DNA of 64,000 nucleotides from Bacteroidota bacterium (GTDB lineage Bacteria; Bacteroidota; Bacteroidia; Bacteroidales; P3): NCBI GenBank assembly GCA_017860255.1, contig JAFNAR010000007.1, positions 153 to 64,152 of the forward strand, read 5' to 3'. Shown piece by piece: positions 1 to 8,720 of this stretch (position 1 is its first letter; each line of letters starts with the position of its first letter). The notes under the pieces were generated by a model. It saw only the letters and a program-made list of their open reading frames with translations, ran no database searches and was not told where the DNA came from. The position numbers and the translations under genes were made by a program.

Positions 1-89
1 TGTTGCTTTTCTGTCAAAATTTAATCTATAATTTTGGAAATGTCTTGGACACAAATTTCCTTCTCTTTTCGAATGAGTGATTTTTTTTG

Positions 90-97
90 TATTTTTG
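90..97 (+). promoter_or_regulatory. Bacteroidota-type -7 promoter box (TAnnTTTG)
   Basis: tatttttg matches TAnnTTTG, about 43 nt upstream of the ATG at 140. Confidence 0.35.
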
Positions 98-139
98 CTT
101 TCATAATTAACCTTATTTTCAGTCATAAATACTTTATAT

Positions 140-496
140 ATGAAAAAACTATTCCTTATTTTAGCTTTAACAGTATTTAGTTCCTTTGCTTTTGTTTCTT
201 GCGAATATGAAGAAGATAATGAAATGACAGATACTGTGTGGTCTGCTCCTTTTGGAAATGATGTTCTTTGGATAGAGTTTACTTCAGATAATCAATTTGA
301 AGATTATACTACTGACCCGCGTGGGAATTATATTCATGAGGATGATGGTTATGGCACATATGATTATGACCATGATTATGTAACTTTTATAACACATGAC
401 AGTCCATTTCCTTTTGATTTTGCAAAGGTTGAGGGAAATGAAATGACGGTGGTTTACAAATCTGGTTATACGCTGGTTTTTAATAGAGAATATTAA
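140..496 (+). CDS. Small lipoprotein, unknown function
   Basis: 118-aa ORF. Signal peptide MKKLFLILALTVFSSFAFVSC has a lipobox-like Cys. Acidic, Tyr/Asp-rich mature part. Confidence 0.55.
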   Translation: MKKLFLILALTVFSSFAFVSCEYEEDNEMTDTVWSAPFGNDVLWIEFTSDNQFEDYTTDPRGNYIHEDDGYGTYDYDHDYVTFITHDSPFPFDFAKVEGNEMTVVYKSGYTLVFNREY

Positions 497-668
497 AGTG
501 TGGGATAATATTAGTTAAGACTTCCCCCTCTTTATCCTTCTCTTTTTCTTCTTTCTTCTTTTTCGAAGAGGCAATTATAATAAGGAATAACATTGCTATG
601 GCTATCCACACTGCATTTAGCCCACTTTGATAATTTCCTGTTGTTTCTAATATGATTAATATTGACAT
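480..668 (-). CDS. Possible small single-pass membrane protein with Lys/Glu-rich tail
   Basis: 62-aa ORF with an ATG start, a hydrophobic segment AVWIAIAMLFLIIIASS and then KKKKEEKEKDKE. It lies downstream of two same-strand genes and overlaps the 3' end of the convergent gene by 17 nt. There is no homology evidence. Confidence 0.2.
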   Translation of the reverse strand: MSILIILETTGNYQSGLNAVWIAIAMLFLIIIASSKKKKEEKEKDKEGEVLTNIIPHFNILY

Positions 669-758
669 AACTGAATATGTTTCCTGCTCTTATTTCTCTG
701 CTTGGCTTACAAAACCAAAGAGCAAAAGTAAAAGTGTCAGGGCTAATTTTTCATAGCT

Positions 759-1292
759 TTAGAGTTCCTTAAAGGTAAACATTGATTTATGCATTAGGTC
801 TTTATTTGATTCATAGTTTTCTTTGAATGTAAAGCTCATTATTTCGTAGTAGGTGTCTTTACCCTCAATAAATAGAGAAATGTGTTTGATATCATCGCCA
901 TTAACTCTCATATTTTTTGCAGTGTAAATTGCTTTCATTCCATTAACAAGGGTGTCTTTGTACTCAAAACCATAACAATCTTTATTATTCATATAATACT
1001 TATCCAACATGTAAACATATCCATCAAGATTATTTGTGACTTTTTCAGGTACAAAATTAGTATCTATTACTGTTTGAAAGAATTGCTTTGTTTCTACTTT
1101 AATACTTATATAGTAATGTCTTTTTACATCTTCGTAATAAAATATTCCTTGATCTTGATATTCTTTATTTGGGGTTAGAAATGTAGGTATTACAATGGAA
1201 TATAAATTGTCAACCTTAATAGTTTGTAATTCTTCCTGAGCTATTGCTGAAAGGGATATTGCAAGGGCTAATATAAAAAGTAGTTTTTTCAT
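759..1292 (-). CDS. Secreted protein, unknown function (tandem paralog 2)
   Basis: 177 aa. Signal peptide MKKLLFILALAISLSAIAQ. Collinear similarity to the 1297..1836 product (QTIKV, IVNGMK.IY, VEGK.TYY, KSMFTFKE at the C-terminus). Confidence 0.6.
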   Translation of the reverse strand: MKKLLFILALAISLSAIAQEELQTIKVDNLYSIVIPTFLTPNKEYQDQGIFYYEDVKRHYYISIKVETKQFFQTVIDTNFVPEKVTNNLDGYVYMLDKYYMNNKDCYGFEYKDTLVNGMKAIYTAKNMRVNGDDIKHISLFIEGKDTYYEIMSFTFKENYESNKDLMHKSMFTFKEL

Positions 1293-1296
1293 TGTG

Positions 1297-1836
1297 TTAT
1301 ATTTCTTTAAATGTAAACATTGATTTTTCCATAATATCTTTCAAAGAATCAAAATACTCATCAAAAATCCATACTGAAACTTGATAATATGTATTCTTTC
1401 CTTCAACATACATAATATTTACTTTGTAGTCAAAACCTTCTGCCCTTTTATTCAATGAATAGTAAATAGTCTTCATTCCATTAACAATGGTTTCTTTCTT
1501 TTCAAAGCCATAGGTATCGCAATAATCACTTGCAAATTGATCCACTAAGTTAAAATAACCTTTAATATCTTTTGTGAAATTTTCACCCAGATCGACAGTG
1601 TCAAATATATCATGAACACTTTGCTTTGACTCTTCAAGAACTTTGAAAAAATATAATGTATCTGCATTTTCATATTGTATGGTTGCAGTAGAGTCTAAGT
1701 CTTCAGTTGTTGGAGTTAGAAATGAAGGTAATGAAATTGAGAACTTTTCTTTAACTTTTATGGTCTGAAAGTCTTCCTGGCTAATTGCCGAAAGGGATAT
1801 TGCAAGGGCTAATAGAATAAAAATTAGTTTTTTCAT
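1297..1836 (-). CDS. Secreted protein, unknown function (tandem paralog 1)
   Basis: 179 aa. Signal peptide MKKLIFILLALAISLSAISQ. Paralog of 759..1292, separated from it by 4 bp. Confidence 0.6.
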   Translation of the reverse strand: MKKLIFILLALAISLSAISQEDFQTIKVKEKFSISLPSFLTPTTEDLDSTATIQYENADTLYFFKVLEESKQSVHDIFDTVDLGENFTKDIKGYFNLVDQFASDYCDTYGFEKKETIVNGMKTIYYSLNKRAEGFDYKVNIMYVEGKNTYYQVSVWIFDEYFDSLKDIMEKSMFTFKEI

Positions 1837-2071
1837 TGTTCTGTATTTGTTTTGTTATCAATTTTCCTTGTTTTATTAATGGATAGTTTATTGTTGCAAA
1901 GGTATATAATAAAATTATATATATAGATTATGTCAAAATTTAAATCTTAACTGCCTCAAGTTGTTTGAGATTCGAAAATCTATCCAAAACCAATATGTAA
2001 AGGAAAAATTAAATTTGTATATATATTTAAAAATATTTTCCAATTTTTGCTTTTATTTTCATAACTTATTG

Positions 2072-2079
2072 TAAGTTTG
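2072..2079 (+). promoter_or_regulatory. Bacteroidota-type -7 box (TAnnTTTG) ahead of the LRR gene array
   Basis: taagtttg matches TAnnTTTG, and a TTTG lies about 22 nt upstream (2046-2049). This is the only such box between 1837 and the first array gene. Confidence 0.4.
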
Positions 2080-2146
2080 CAGTGTTCAAAATAATGTATT
2101 TCGTTAAGATGAAATAAAGATGATAAACTCTAAAAACAATTATAAT

Positions 2147-3784
2147 ATGAAAAAAGCAATACTAATTTTAATAGCATCCATTTTTGCAATAAGTTTAAAC
2201 TCTAAGGCCGAAGACTTTTCGGCTTTTTATAATGGTGATACTATTTATTATAAAATCACTTCCAGTGTTTCTCCTCTTACTGTTGGGGTAACTTTTAAAG
2301 GTCCTATATATTATTATTATAATGAATATGCTGGCAGTGTATCAATTCCTGATTCAGTTGAGTTTAATGGCAATTACTACAGGGTTACTTCAATTGACAC
2401 TTCTGCTTTTGCCAAATCAAGGGTTATGTCAGTAAATATTCCAAACTCGGTTACTTATATTGCTGAAATGGCTTTTACTGATTGTGACAGTTTAACTTCA
2501 ATAATTATTCCAAACTCTGTTACCCGTATTGGTTCTTCTGTTTTTATGAATAGCAATTACTTAACATCTGTAACCATTCCAAACTCTGTTACTGAAATTG
2601 GACCTGGTGTTTTTTCTGGATGTAGTGGTTTAACATCTTTTACAATACCAAATTCCATTTCTAAGATTAGTAATTTTATGTTTATGGGATGCAGTGGATT
2701 AACCTCATTGACAATTCCAAACAATATTACCTCAATTGGATATTATTCTTTCAGAGAATCTGGATTGTCCTCTTTAAATATTCCCAATACTGTTAATTTT
2801 ATAGACCAATATGCTTTTTACCTATGTGGTGGATTAACTTCAATTGATTTACCTGATTCAATTTCTTTTATTAGTTATGGTACTTTTTGGGGTTGTAGTG
2901 CATTAACATCTTTAACAATACCAAGCACTGTTGATACTATTGATGATTATGCTTTTTATAAATGCAGTGGATTAACTTCAATAATTAGTGAACCAACAAC
3001 TCCTCCTGTTATCAGAACTCCAAATAGTATTTTTAATATTAACAGAGCTATTCCAGTTTATATTCCTTGTGGTTCGCTTTCAAGTTATCAATCTGCTCAA
3101 TATTGGAGTTTGTTTACAAATTTTATTGAAAGGAATTTCCAATATATTGATACCTCAATTTGCGATGGAGATAGTTATAATTTTAATGGTACTATTATTG
3201 ACTCGGCTGGTGTTTATTCTTATGTGAGCGGTTGTGATAGTGTAATTTTAACTTTAAATATTACTCCAATTCCTATCGTTCCTCATGATTTAAGCTTAAG
3301 CAATATTCAGATTAATAATGTTGAAATTAGTTGGCAAGGCGATGCTGAAAGTTATGATGTTTATCGTGATGATAGTTTAATTGTTAATGTTACTGATACT
3401 ACCTATGTGGATAATTTTAATTTTAATAATGGACAAACTTATTGTTATAACATAAAAGCTAAAAATGGTAGTGGTTGTGAAAGTGCATTAAGTGATACTA
3501 ATTGTTTTGTAATTGTTGGATTAGAAAATATAGAAAACACAAATATTCAAACAAAGCTCTACCCTAACCCAACAAATAATAAATCATATTTGGAAATTGA
3601 AGGCTTAACCTCAGAGGCTGATGTTTTGGTTTATGATATGGTTGGAAGGCTTATTCAAAAGCATAAAGTTAATCAAGGAACAAAAGAATTAGAGATTGAT
3701 TTAAGCACTTACTCTAAGGGTGTTTATTCAATAAGAATAGTAAACGAAAGCATTAGTCAAACCAAGAAACTTATTGTTCAATAA
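2147..3784 (+). CDS. BspA-type LRR surface protein with T9SS type A C-terminal sorting domain (array gene 1)
   Basis: Signal peptide MKKAILILIASIFAISLNSKA (the ATG at 2120 is an alternative start). Head motif DFSAFYNGDTIYYKITSS. About 10 copies of a 23-aa repeat LTSxTIPNSVTxIGxxAFxxCxx. One C..GCDS repeat. Fn3-like segment (ISWQGDAESYDVYRDD...CYNIKA). C-terminal KLYPNPT...GVYSIRI...KKLIVQ tail. Confidence 0.85.
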   Translation: MKKAILILIASIFAISLNSKAEDFSAFYNGDTIYYKITSSVSPLTVGVTFKGPIYYYYNEYAGSVSIPDSVEFNGNYYRVTSIDTSAFAKSRVMSVNIPNSVTYIAEMAFTDCDSLTSIIIPNSVTRIGSSVFMNSNYLTSVTIPNSVTEIGPGVFSGCSGLTSFTIPNSISKISNFMFMGCSGLTSLTIPNNITSIGYYSFRESGLSSLNIPNTVNFIDQYAFYLCGGLTSIDLPDSISFISYGTFWGCSALTSLTIPSTVDTIDDYAFYKCSGLTSIISEPTTPPVIRTPNSIFNINRAIPVYIPCGSLSSYQSAQYWSLFTNFIERNFQYIDTSICDGDSYNFNGTIIDSAGVYSYVSGCDSVILTLNITPIPIVPHDLSLSNIQINNVEISWQGDAESYDVYRDDSLIVNVTDTTYVDNFNFNNGQTYCYNIKAKNGSGCESALSDTNCFVIVGLENIENTNIQTKLYPNPTNNKSYLEIEGLTSEADVLVYDMVGRLIQKHKVNQGTKELEIDLSTYSKGVYSIRIVNESISQTKKLIVQ

Positions 3785-3802
3785 AATAGAATCAATTATA
3801 TC

Positions 3803-5179
3803 ATGAAAAAAACATTGCTAATTTTATTAGCAACCATTTTTGCAATAAATATAAACTCCCAAGCTCACGACTTTTCGGTAATGTATAATGGTGATTCCAT
3901 TTATTATAATATTACTTCTTCAGTTATTCCTTATACTGCTTCAGTATCTTTCAGAGGGAATGAGTCTTACTCTTACCAAAATGAATATACTGGCAGTATA
4001 ACTATTCCCGATTCTGTACAATATCAAGGTATTTACTACAAGGTTACTTCCATTGGAAACGATGCTTTTAATACTTGTAGTGGATTAACATTTATTACAA
4101 TTCCACATTCTGTTACTGCAATTGGTGAATATTCCTTTAATGATTGTAGTAGTTTAACCTCTGTTACTATTCCAAACAATATTACTTCAATTGGATTGGG
4201 TGCTTTTGCTTTTTGTAATTCTTTAGACACAGTTTATTTCAACGCTGTTCATTGTGATTATATGGGTTATTATTTATATCCAGTTTTTAATGAAAGTAAT
4301 AATTTTAGAACTTTAATTATTGGAGAAAGCGTTCAAAATATTCCTGATCATGCTTTTGTCTTTTGTGACTCATTAACTTCAATAAAATCTTATGCAATAA
4401 ATCCACCAAATGTTCACTTTAACACTTTCTCTGGAGTTAATAGTACTATCCCTGTTTATGTCCCTTGTACTTCTCTTCAAAACTACAATTCTATAGCAAT
4501 ATGGAATAGGTTTACTAATAAATTTCCTTTTATTGCTCTTGAGAATATAAATATCTCAATTTGCGAAGGGAATACTTATAATTTTTATGGTACTAATATT
4601 GATTCAGCAGGTGTATATTCTTTTTATAATGGTTGTGACAGTGTTATATTGACTTTAAATATTAATCCTATACCTGATGTTCCTCATGATTTGAGAGTAT
4701 CTAATATTACGATTAATAATATTGAAATTGGCTGGCAGGGTAATGCTGAAAGTTATGATATTTATCGTGATGACAGTTTAATTGCTAATGTTGATGTAAA
4801 TACATATGTGGATAATTTCAGTATGATTGAAGGGGAAACTTATTGCTATAAGGTGAAAGCCAAAAATGGCAATTGCGAAAGTGAGTTTAGTGATAGTATT
4901 TGTTATACATATATTGGCTTAGAAAATATAGAAAACACAAGTATTCAAACAAAACTTTACCCTAACCCAACAAAAGATAAATCATATTTGGAAATTGAAG
5001 GCCTAACCTCAGAGGCAGATGTTTTGGTTTATGATATGGTTGGAAGAGTTATTAAAACTTATAAGATTAATCGCACAAAAGAATTGGAGATTGATTTAAG
5101 CACTTACTCTAAGGGTGTTTATTCAATAAGAATAGTTAATGAAACCATAAATCAAACCAAGAAACTTATTGTTCAATAA
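3803..5179 (+). CDS. BspA-type LRR surface protein with T9SS type A sorting domain (array gene 2)
   Basis: Signal peptide, head DFSVMYNGDSIYYNITSS, a short LRR block, one C..GCDS repeat, an Fn3-like segment and a conserved KLYPNPT...KKLIVQ tail. Starts 18 bp after gene 1. Confidence 0.85.
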   Translation: MKKTLLILLATIFAININSQAHDFSVMYNGDSIYYNITSSVIPYTASVSFRGNESYSYQNEYTGSITIPDSVQYQGIYYKVTSIGNDAFNTCSGLTFITIPHSVTAIGEYSFNDCSSLTSVTIPNNITSIGLGAFAFCNSLDTVYFNAVHCDYMGYYLYPVFNESNNFRTLIIGESVQNIPDHAFVFCDSLTSIKSYAINPPNVHFNTFSGVNSTIPVYVPCTSLQNYNSIAIWNRFTNKFPFIALENINISICEGNTYNFYGTNIDSAGVYSFYNGCDSVILTLNINPIPDVPHDLRVSNITINNIEIGWQGNAESYDIYRDDSLIANVDVNTYVDNFSMIEGETYCYKVKAKNGNCESEFSDSICYTYIGLENIENTSIQTKLYPNPTKDKSYLEIEGLTSEADVLVYDMVGRVIKTYKINRTKELEIDLSTYSKGVYSIRIVNETINQTKKLIVQ

Positions 5180-5194
5180 TTAAAATATCATATC

Positions 5195-6742
5195 ATGAAG
5201 AAAACATTATTAATTTTAGTAGCAGTATTTTATATTTTTTCATTTAATATCAATGCTCAAACTGTTTCAAATATTGATTTCTCATTGGGTGATTATACCA
5301 ATTGGAAAGCTTATCAAGCTCAAAACTTAAGTTCTCCAAGTACAATTTCTTTTTCAGCTTGGACTTTATTTAATGATCCAACAACTTGTTTTTGGCAAGG
5401 AGAAAGGTGCTTTATAATAAATAGTAATCATAATGAAATAGACTCAAGTGTTTCAACGGGCACTAATATATTAAAAAAGATTCCAGCTGGATATTCAAGT
5501 TCTTCACAAATCAACTGTGCTCAGAATAATAGTAATGCAAATAAATTATCTTATGATTTAAGTGTTACATCACAAAATTGTAATATCACTTTTAATTATG
5601 CATTAGTGTTTGAAGCACCTGGGCATGGAGGATATCAAAATCCTTTTTTCATTATAGAGGTTAGGAATATTAATTCTGATAGTTCTGATGGTAGTTTGAT
5701 TAATTCTAATGCAAGGTTTGAAGAAATTGTAGAAAGTCCTGCAACTGCTGGATGGAATACTAATGATGTAGGTAATAGTGCTGTGATTTGGAAAAATTGG
5801 TCACAAGTTTCAATGAATTTACAGGATTATATTGGGCAAACTGTAAGAATAAATTATATACTTACAAGTTGTTCGTATACTGGTCATTTTGGATATGGTT
5901 ATGTTACTACTAAAGTTAGTCCAGTTATGGATACTATTTTTGCTGAAATTTGTGAGGGTGAAGTATATAATCAAAATGGTTTTAATGAAAGTACAACTGG
6001 ATTTTACATTGATACTGTAGATACTTATTTTGGTCCTAATACAGTAAATTATCTTAATCTTACTGTTAATCCTTCATCAACAACTATTTACCATGATACA
6101 ATTTGTCAAGGCAGTGTTTTTAACAATTATGGCTTTAATTTTATTGCCGATTCATCTGTAACATTAACTCAAAACCTTCAAACAATAAATGGATGTGACA
6201 GTATAGTTGAATTAAATTTGGTTGTAAATCCAATACCAACTGCGCCTCAAAATTTAGATATTGCTTCAATTAATGTATGTGGAATAGTTTGGAAAGGAAA
6301 TGCTGAAAGATATAAGGTTTATCGTAATGACAGTTTAGTGGGGATTGTTACAGATACTTTTTACATAGATCATGAAGTGAATTTTTTTAATGGAGAATTA
6401 TATATTTATAAAGTGAAATCTGTAATTGGAGAATGTGAAAGTGAATTAAGTGATTCTCTTATTGTTCAATTTGGAGGCTTGGAAAACATAAAACAACCAA
6501 GTATTCAAACAAAGCTCTACCCTAACCCAACAAGTAATAAATCATATTTGGAAATTGAAGGTTTAATCTCAGAGGCTGATGTTTTGGTTTATGATATGAT
6601 TGGAAGAGTTATTAAAAATTATAAGATTAATCAAGGAACAAAAGAATTAGAGATTGATTTAAGTACTTACGCAAAGGGTGTTTATTCAATAAGAATATTG
6701 AACGAAACCATAAATCAAACCAAGAAACTTATTGTTCAATAA
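5195..6742 (+). CDS. T9SS type A cargo with non-LRR N-terminal head (array gene 3)
   Basis: Signal peptide MKKTLLILVAVFYIFSFNINAQ. The ~225-aa head has no 23-aa LRR periodicity (NWKAY..., FNYALVFEAPGHGGYQNPFFIIEV...). It is followed by two C..GCDS-type repeats (the first degenerate), an Fn3-like segment and the conserved T9SS tail. Starts 15 bp after gene 2. Confidence 0.8.
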   Translation: MKKTLLILVAVFYIFSFNINAQTVSNIDFSLGDYTNWKAYQAQNLSSPSTISFSAWTLFNDPTTCFWQGERCFIINSNHNEIDSSVSTGTNILKKIPAGYSSSSQINCAQNNSNANKLSYDLSVTSQNCNITFNYALVFEAPGHGGYQNPFFIIEVRNINSDSSDGSLINSNARFEEIVESPATAGWNTNDVGNSAVIWKNWSQVSMNLQDYIGQTVRINYILTSCSYTGHFGYGYVTTKVSPVMDTIFAEICEGEVYNQNGFNESTTGFYIDTVDTYFGPNTVNYLNLTVNPSSTTIYHDTICQGSVFNNYGFNFIADSSVTLTQNLQTINGCDSIVELNLVVNPIPTAPQNLDIASINVCGIVWKGNAERYKVYRNDSLVGIVTDTFYIDHEVNFFNGELYIYKVKSVIGECESELSDSLIVQFGGLENIKQPSIQTKLYPNPTSNKSYLEIEGLISEADVLVYDMIGRVIKNYKINQGTKELEIDLSTYAKGVYSIRILNETINQTKKLIVQ

Positions 6743-6757
6743 TTTAAATATCATATC

Positions 6758-8704
6758 ATGAAAAAAACATTACTAATTTTAGTAGCACTTATTTTTGCTG
6801 TAAACCTAAACTCCCAAGCTCACGACTTTTCGGTAATGTATAATGGTGATTCCATTTATTATAATATTACATCATCTACTTTTCCAAGAAGTGTTGCCGT
6901 TACATATCGGGGAAATTATTATAGTGCTTATTTTTATGAATACACAGGAGCCGTTTCAATTCCTGACTCAGTAGAATATAATGGGAATTACTATAAAGTT
7001 ACATCAATTGGAAATTATGCTTTTTATTATTGTACTGGATTAACCTCAATAACTATTCCAAACTCTATTACTTCGATTGAAAATAATGCATTTGAAAGTT
7101 GCTTTGGATTAACTTCAATAACAATTCCAGACTCTGTTACTTCAATTGGAAATTGGGCTTTTTATAATTGTACTGGATTAACTTCAGCTACAATACCAAA
7201 TTCTATTACTTCAATTACTTATTATTCTTTTGCTGGTTGTAATAGTTTAACTTCCATAACCATTCCAAACTCTGTTACTTCAATTGGGAAATCTGCTTTC
7301 AGTTTTTGTAGTGGTTTAACTTCCATAACAATTCCAAACTCTGTTACTTCAATTGGTGAATCTGCCTTTAGTGAGTGTACGGGATTAACTTCAATTACTA
7401 TTCCAAACTCAGTTACTTCAATTTCTGGTAGTATTTGTTGGGGGTGTGTTGGATTAACCTCATTAACAATCCCTAACTCTGTTATTACTATTGGATATGG
7501 TGCTTTCAGTTATTGCAGTGGTTTGACTTCAATAACAATTCCAAACTCTGTTACTTCAATTGGTAGTTTGGCTTTTTATAATTGTACTGGATTAACTTCA
7601 ATAACAAATCAAGCAATTAATCCTCCTACTATTCAAACTAATAGTTTTAATGGAATTAGTAGCATTATACCAGTTTATGTACCTTGTAATTCTGTTCAAA
7701 GTTATCAAAGCGCATTAAATTGGAGTTTTTTTACAAATTATGTAGGTTTTACATCACTTCAATATATTAATACTTCAATTTGTGAAGGAAGTATTTATAC
7801 TGATTATGGAGCAAATATTGATTCTGCAGGAGTTTATACTTTGGTTAGTGGTTGTGATAGTGTGATATTAACTTTAAGTGTTAATCCAACTTCAGAAATC
7901 AATTATTATGATACTATATGTGGAGGGGTTCAATATAGTAATTATGGTTTTTCTTTTACTGCCGACACAACAGGAATTTACACCCAAAACTTACAAACAA
8001 TTAATGGATGTGATAGTATAATAAAATTAAATTTAGTTGTTAATCCTTCATATAATGATACTATTTTTGGTGAAATTTGTGAGGGAGAAGCCTATACTCA
8101 ATTTGGTTTTAATGTAGATTCTACTGGATTCTATACACAAAACATGCAAACAACAATTGGTTGTGATAGTGTTGTTAATTTAAGTCTTATTGTTAAACCA
8201 ATTTATAATATTCCTCATGATTTGAATGCTCAAGTAATGTCTGATTTTATTGAATTGACTTGGCAGGGTGATAGTAGTAGTACATATATTATTTATCGTA
8301 ATGATGATTCACTTACAACTACCTCAATTCCCATGTATTTAGATTATGATGTTATTCAAGGTCAAACATATTGTTATAAAGTAAAATCAATAAATGGAGT
8401 TTGTGAGAGTGAATTTAGTGATACTATTTGCAAAACATATCTTGGATTAGATGATATTTCATTAAGCAATATTCAAACAAAGCTCTACCCTAACCCAACA
8501 AACAGTAAATCATATTTGGAAATTGAAGGCTTAAATGCTGATGTTTTGGTTTATGATATGATTGGAAGAGTTATTAAAACTTATAAGATTAATCAAGACA
8601 CAAAAGAATTAGAAATTGATTTAAGCACTTACGCAAAGGGTGTTTATTCAATTAGAATTGTAAACGAAACCATAAATCAAACCAAGAAACTTATTATTCA
8701 ATAG
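6758..8704 (+). CDS. BspA-type LRR surface protein with T9SS type A sorting domain (array gene 4)
   Basis: Signal peptide, head DFSVMYNGDSIYYNITSS, about 11 very regular 23-aa repeats (GLTSITIPNSVTSIG..AF..C.), three C..GCDS repeats, an Fn3-like segment and the conserved tail. Confidence 0.85.
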   Translation: MKKTLLILVALIFAVNLNSQAHDFSVMYNGDSIYYNITSSTFPRSVAVTYRGNYYSAYFYEYTGAVSIPDSVEYNGNYYKVTSIGNYAFYYCTGLTSITIPNSITSIENNAFESCFGLTSITIPDSVTSIGNWAFYNCTGLTSATIPNSITSITYYSFAGCNSLTSITIPNSVTSIGKSAFSFCSGLTSITIPNSVTSIGESAFSECTGLTSITIPNSVTSISGSICWGCVGLTSLTIPNSVITIGYGAFSYCSGLTSITIPNSVTSIGSLAFYNCTGLTSITNQAINPPTIQTNSFNGISSIIPVYVPCNSVQSYQSALNWSFFTNYVGFTSLQYINTSICEGSIYTDYGANIDSAGVYTLVSGCDSVILTLSVNPTSEINYYDTICGGVQYSNYGFSFTADTTGIYTQNLQTINGCDSIIKLNLVVNPSYNDTIFGEICEGEAYTQFGFNVDSTGFYTQNMQTTIGCDSVVNLSLIVKPIYNIPHDLNAQVMSDFIELTWQGDSSSTYIIYRNDDSLTTTSIPMYLDYDVIQGQTYCYKVKSINGVCESEFSDTICKTYLGLDDISLSNIQTKLYPNPTNSKSYLEIEGLNADVLVYDMIGRVIKTYKINQDTKELEIDLSTYAKGVYSIRIVNETINQTKKLIIQ

Positions 8705-8720
8705 TTAAAACAATTATATT

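Noticed and set aside
882-1178. Shadow ORFs on the opposite strand or in other frames of confident genes (e.g. 882..1178, 13931..14177, 14655..14858, 17154..17339, 18511..19057, 20122..20313, 21210..21401, 21527..21985, 22335..22550, 23868..24284, 27987..28205, 30674..30892, 31991..32179, 32544..32729, 39620..39898, 40752..41144, 42477..42765, 43585..43848, 45531..45997, 49654..50192, 51357..51626, 52074..52388, 53227..53463, 56728..56982, 59255..59560, 61336..61551)
   Set aside because: Each overlaps a longer ORF with recognisable family motifs. Their products are low-complexity Ile/Leu/Phe/Ser-rich strings, as expected from AT-rich antisense frames.
1837-2119. Invertible (phase-variable) promoter in front of the LRR array
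   Set aside because: Only short AT-only palindromes (tatatata-type) are present. They do not bracket the -7 box at 2072, and no site-specific recombinase gene is in the window.
3803-3815. A7 tract right after the ATG of array genes 2, 4 and 5, and T7-T8 runs inside genes 3, 5 and 6 (6383, 9273, 11435), as slipped-strand phase-variation switches
   Set aside because: The tracts are short (7-8 nt), simply encode the Lys-Lys of the signal peptide or Phe-Phe, and are common in AT-rich DNA. Without population data there is no support for slippage.
4036-4230. Antisense ORFs inside the LRR genes (4036..4230, 9338..9559, 10400..10696, 11974..12168) and same-strand out-of-frame ORF 2988..3227
   Set aside because: They lie entirely within much longer ORFs that have clear domain structure. 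The antisense translations merely mirror the 69-bp LRR periodicity (EVTE.GIVIEVNP repeats), which is an artefact of repeat symmetry.
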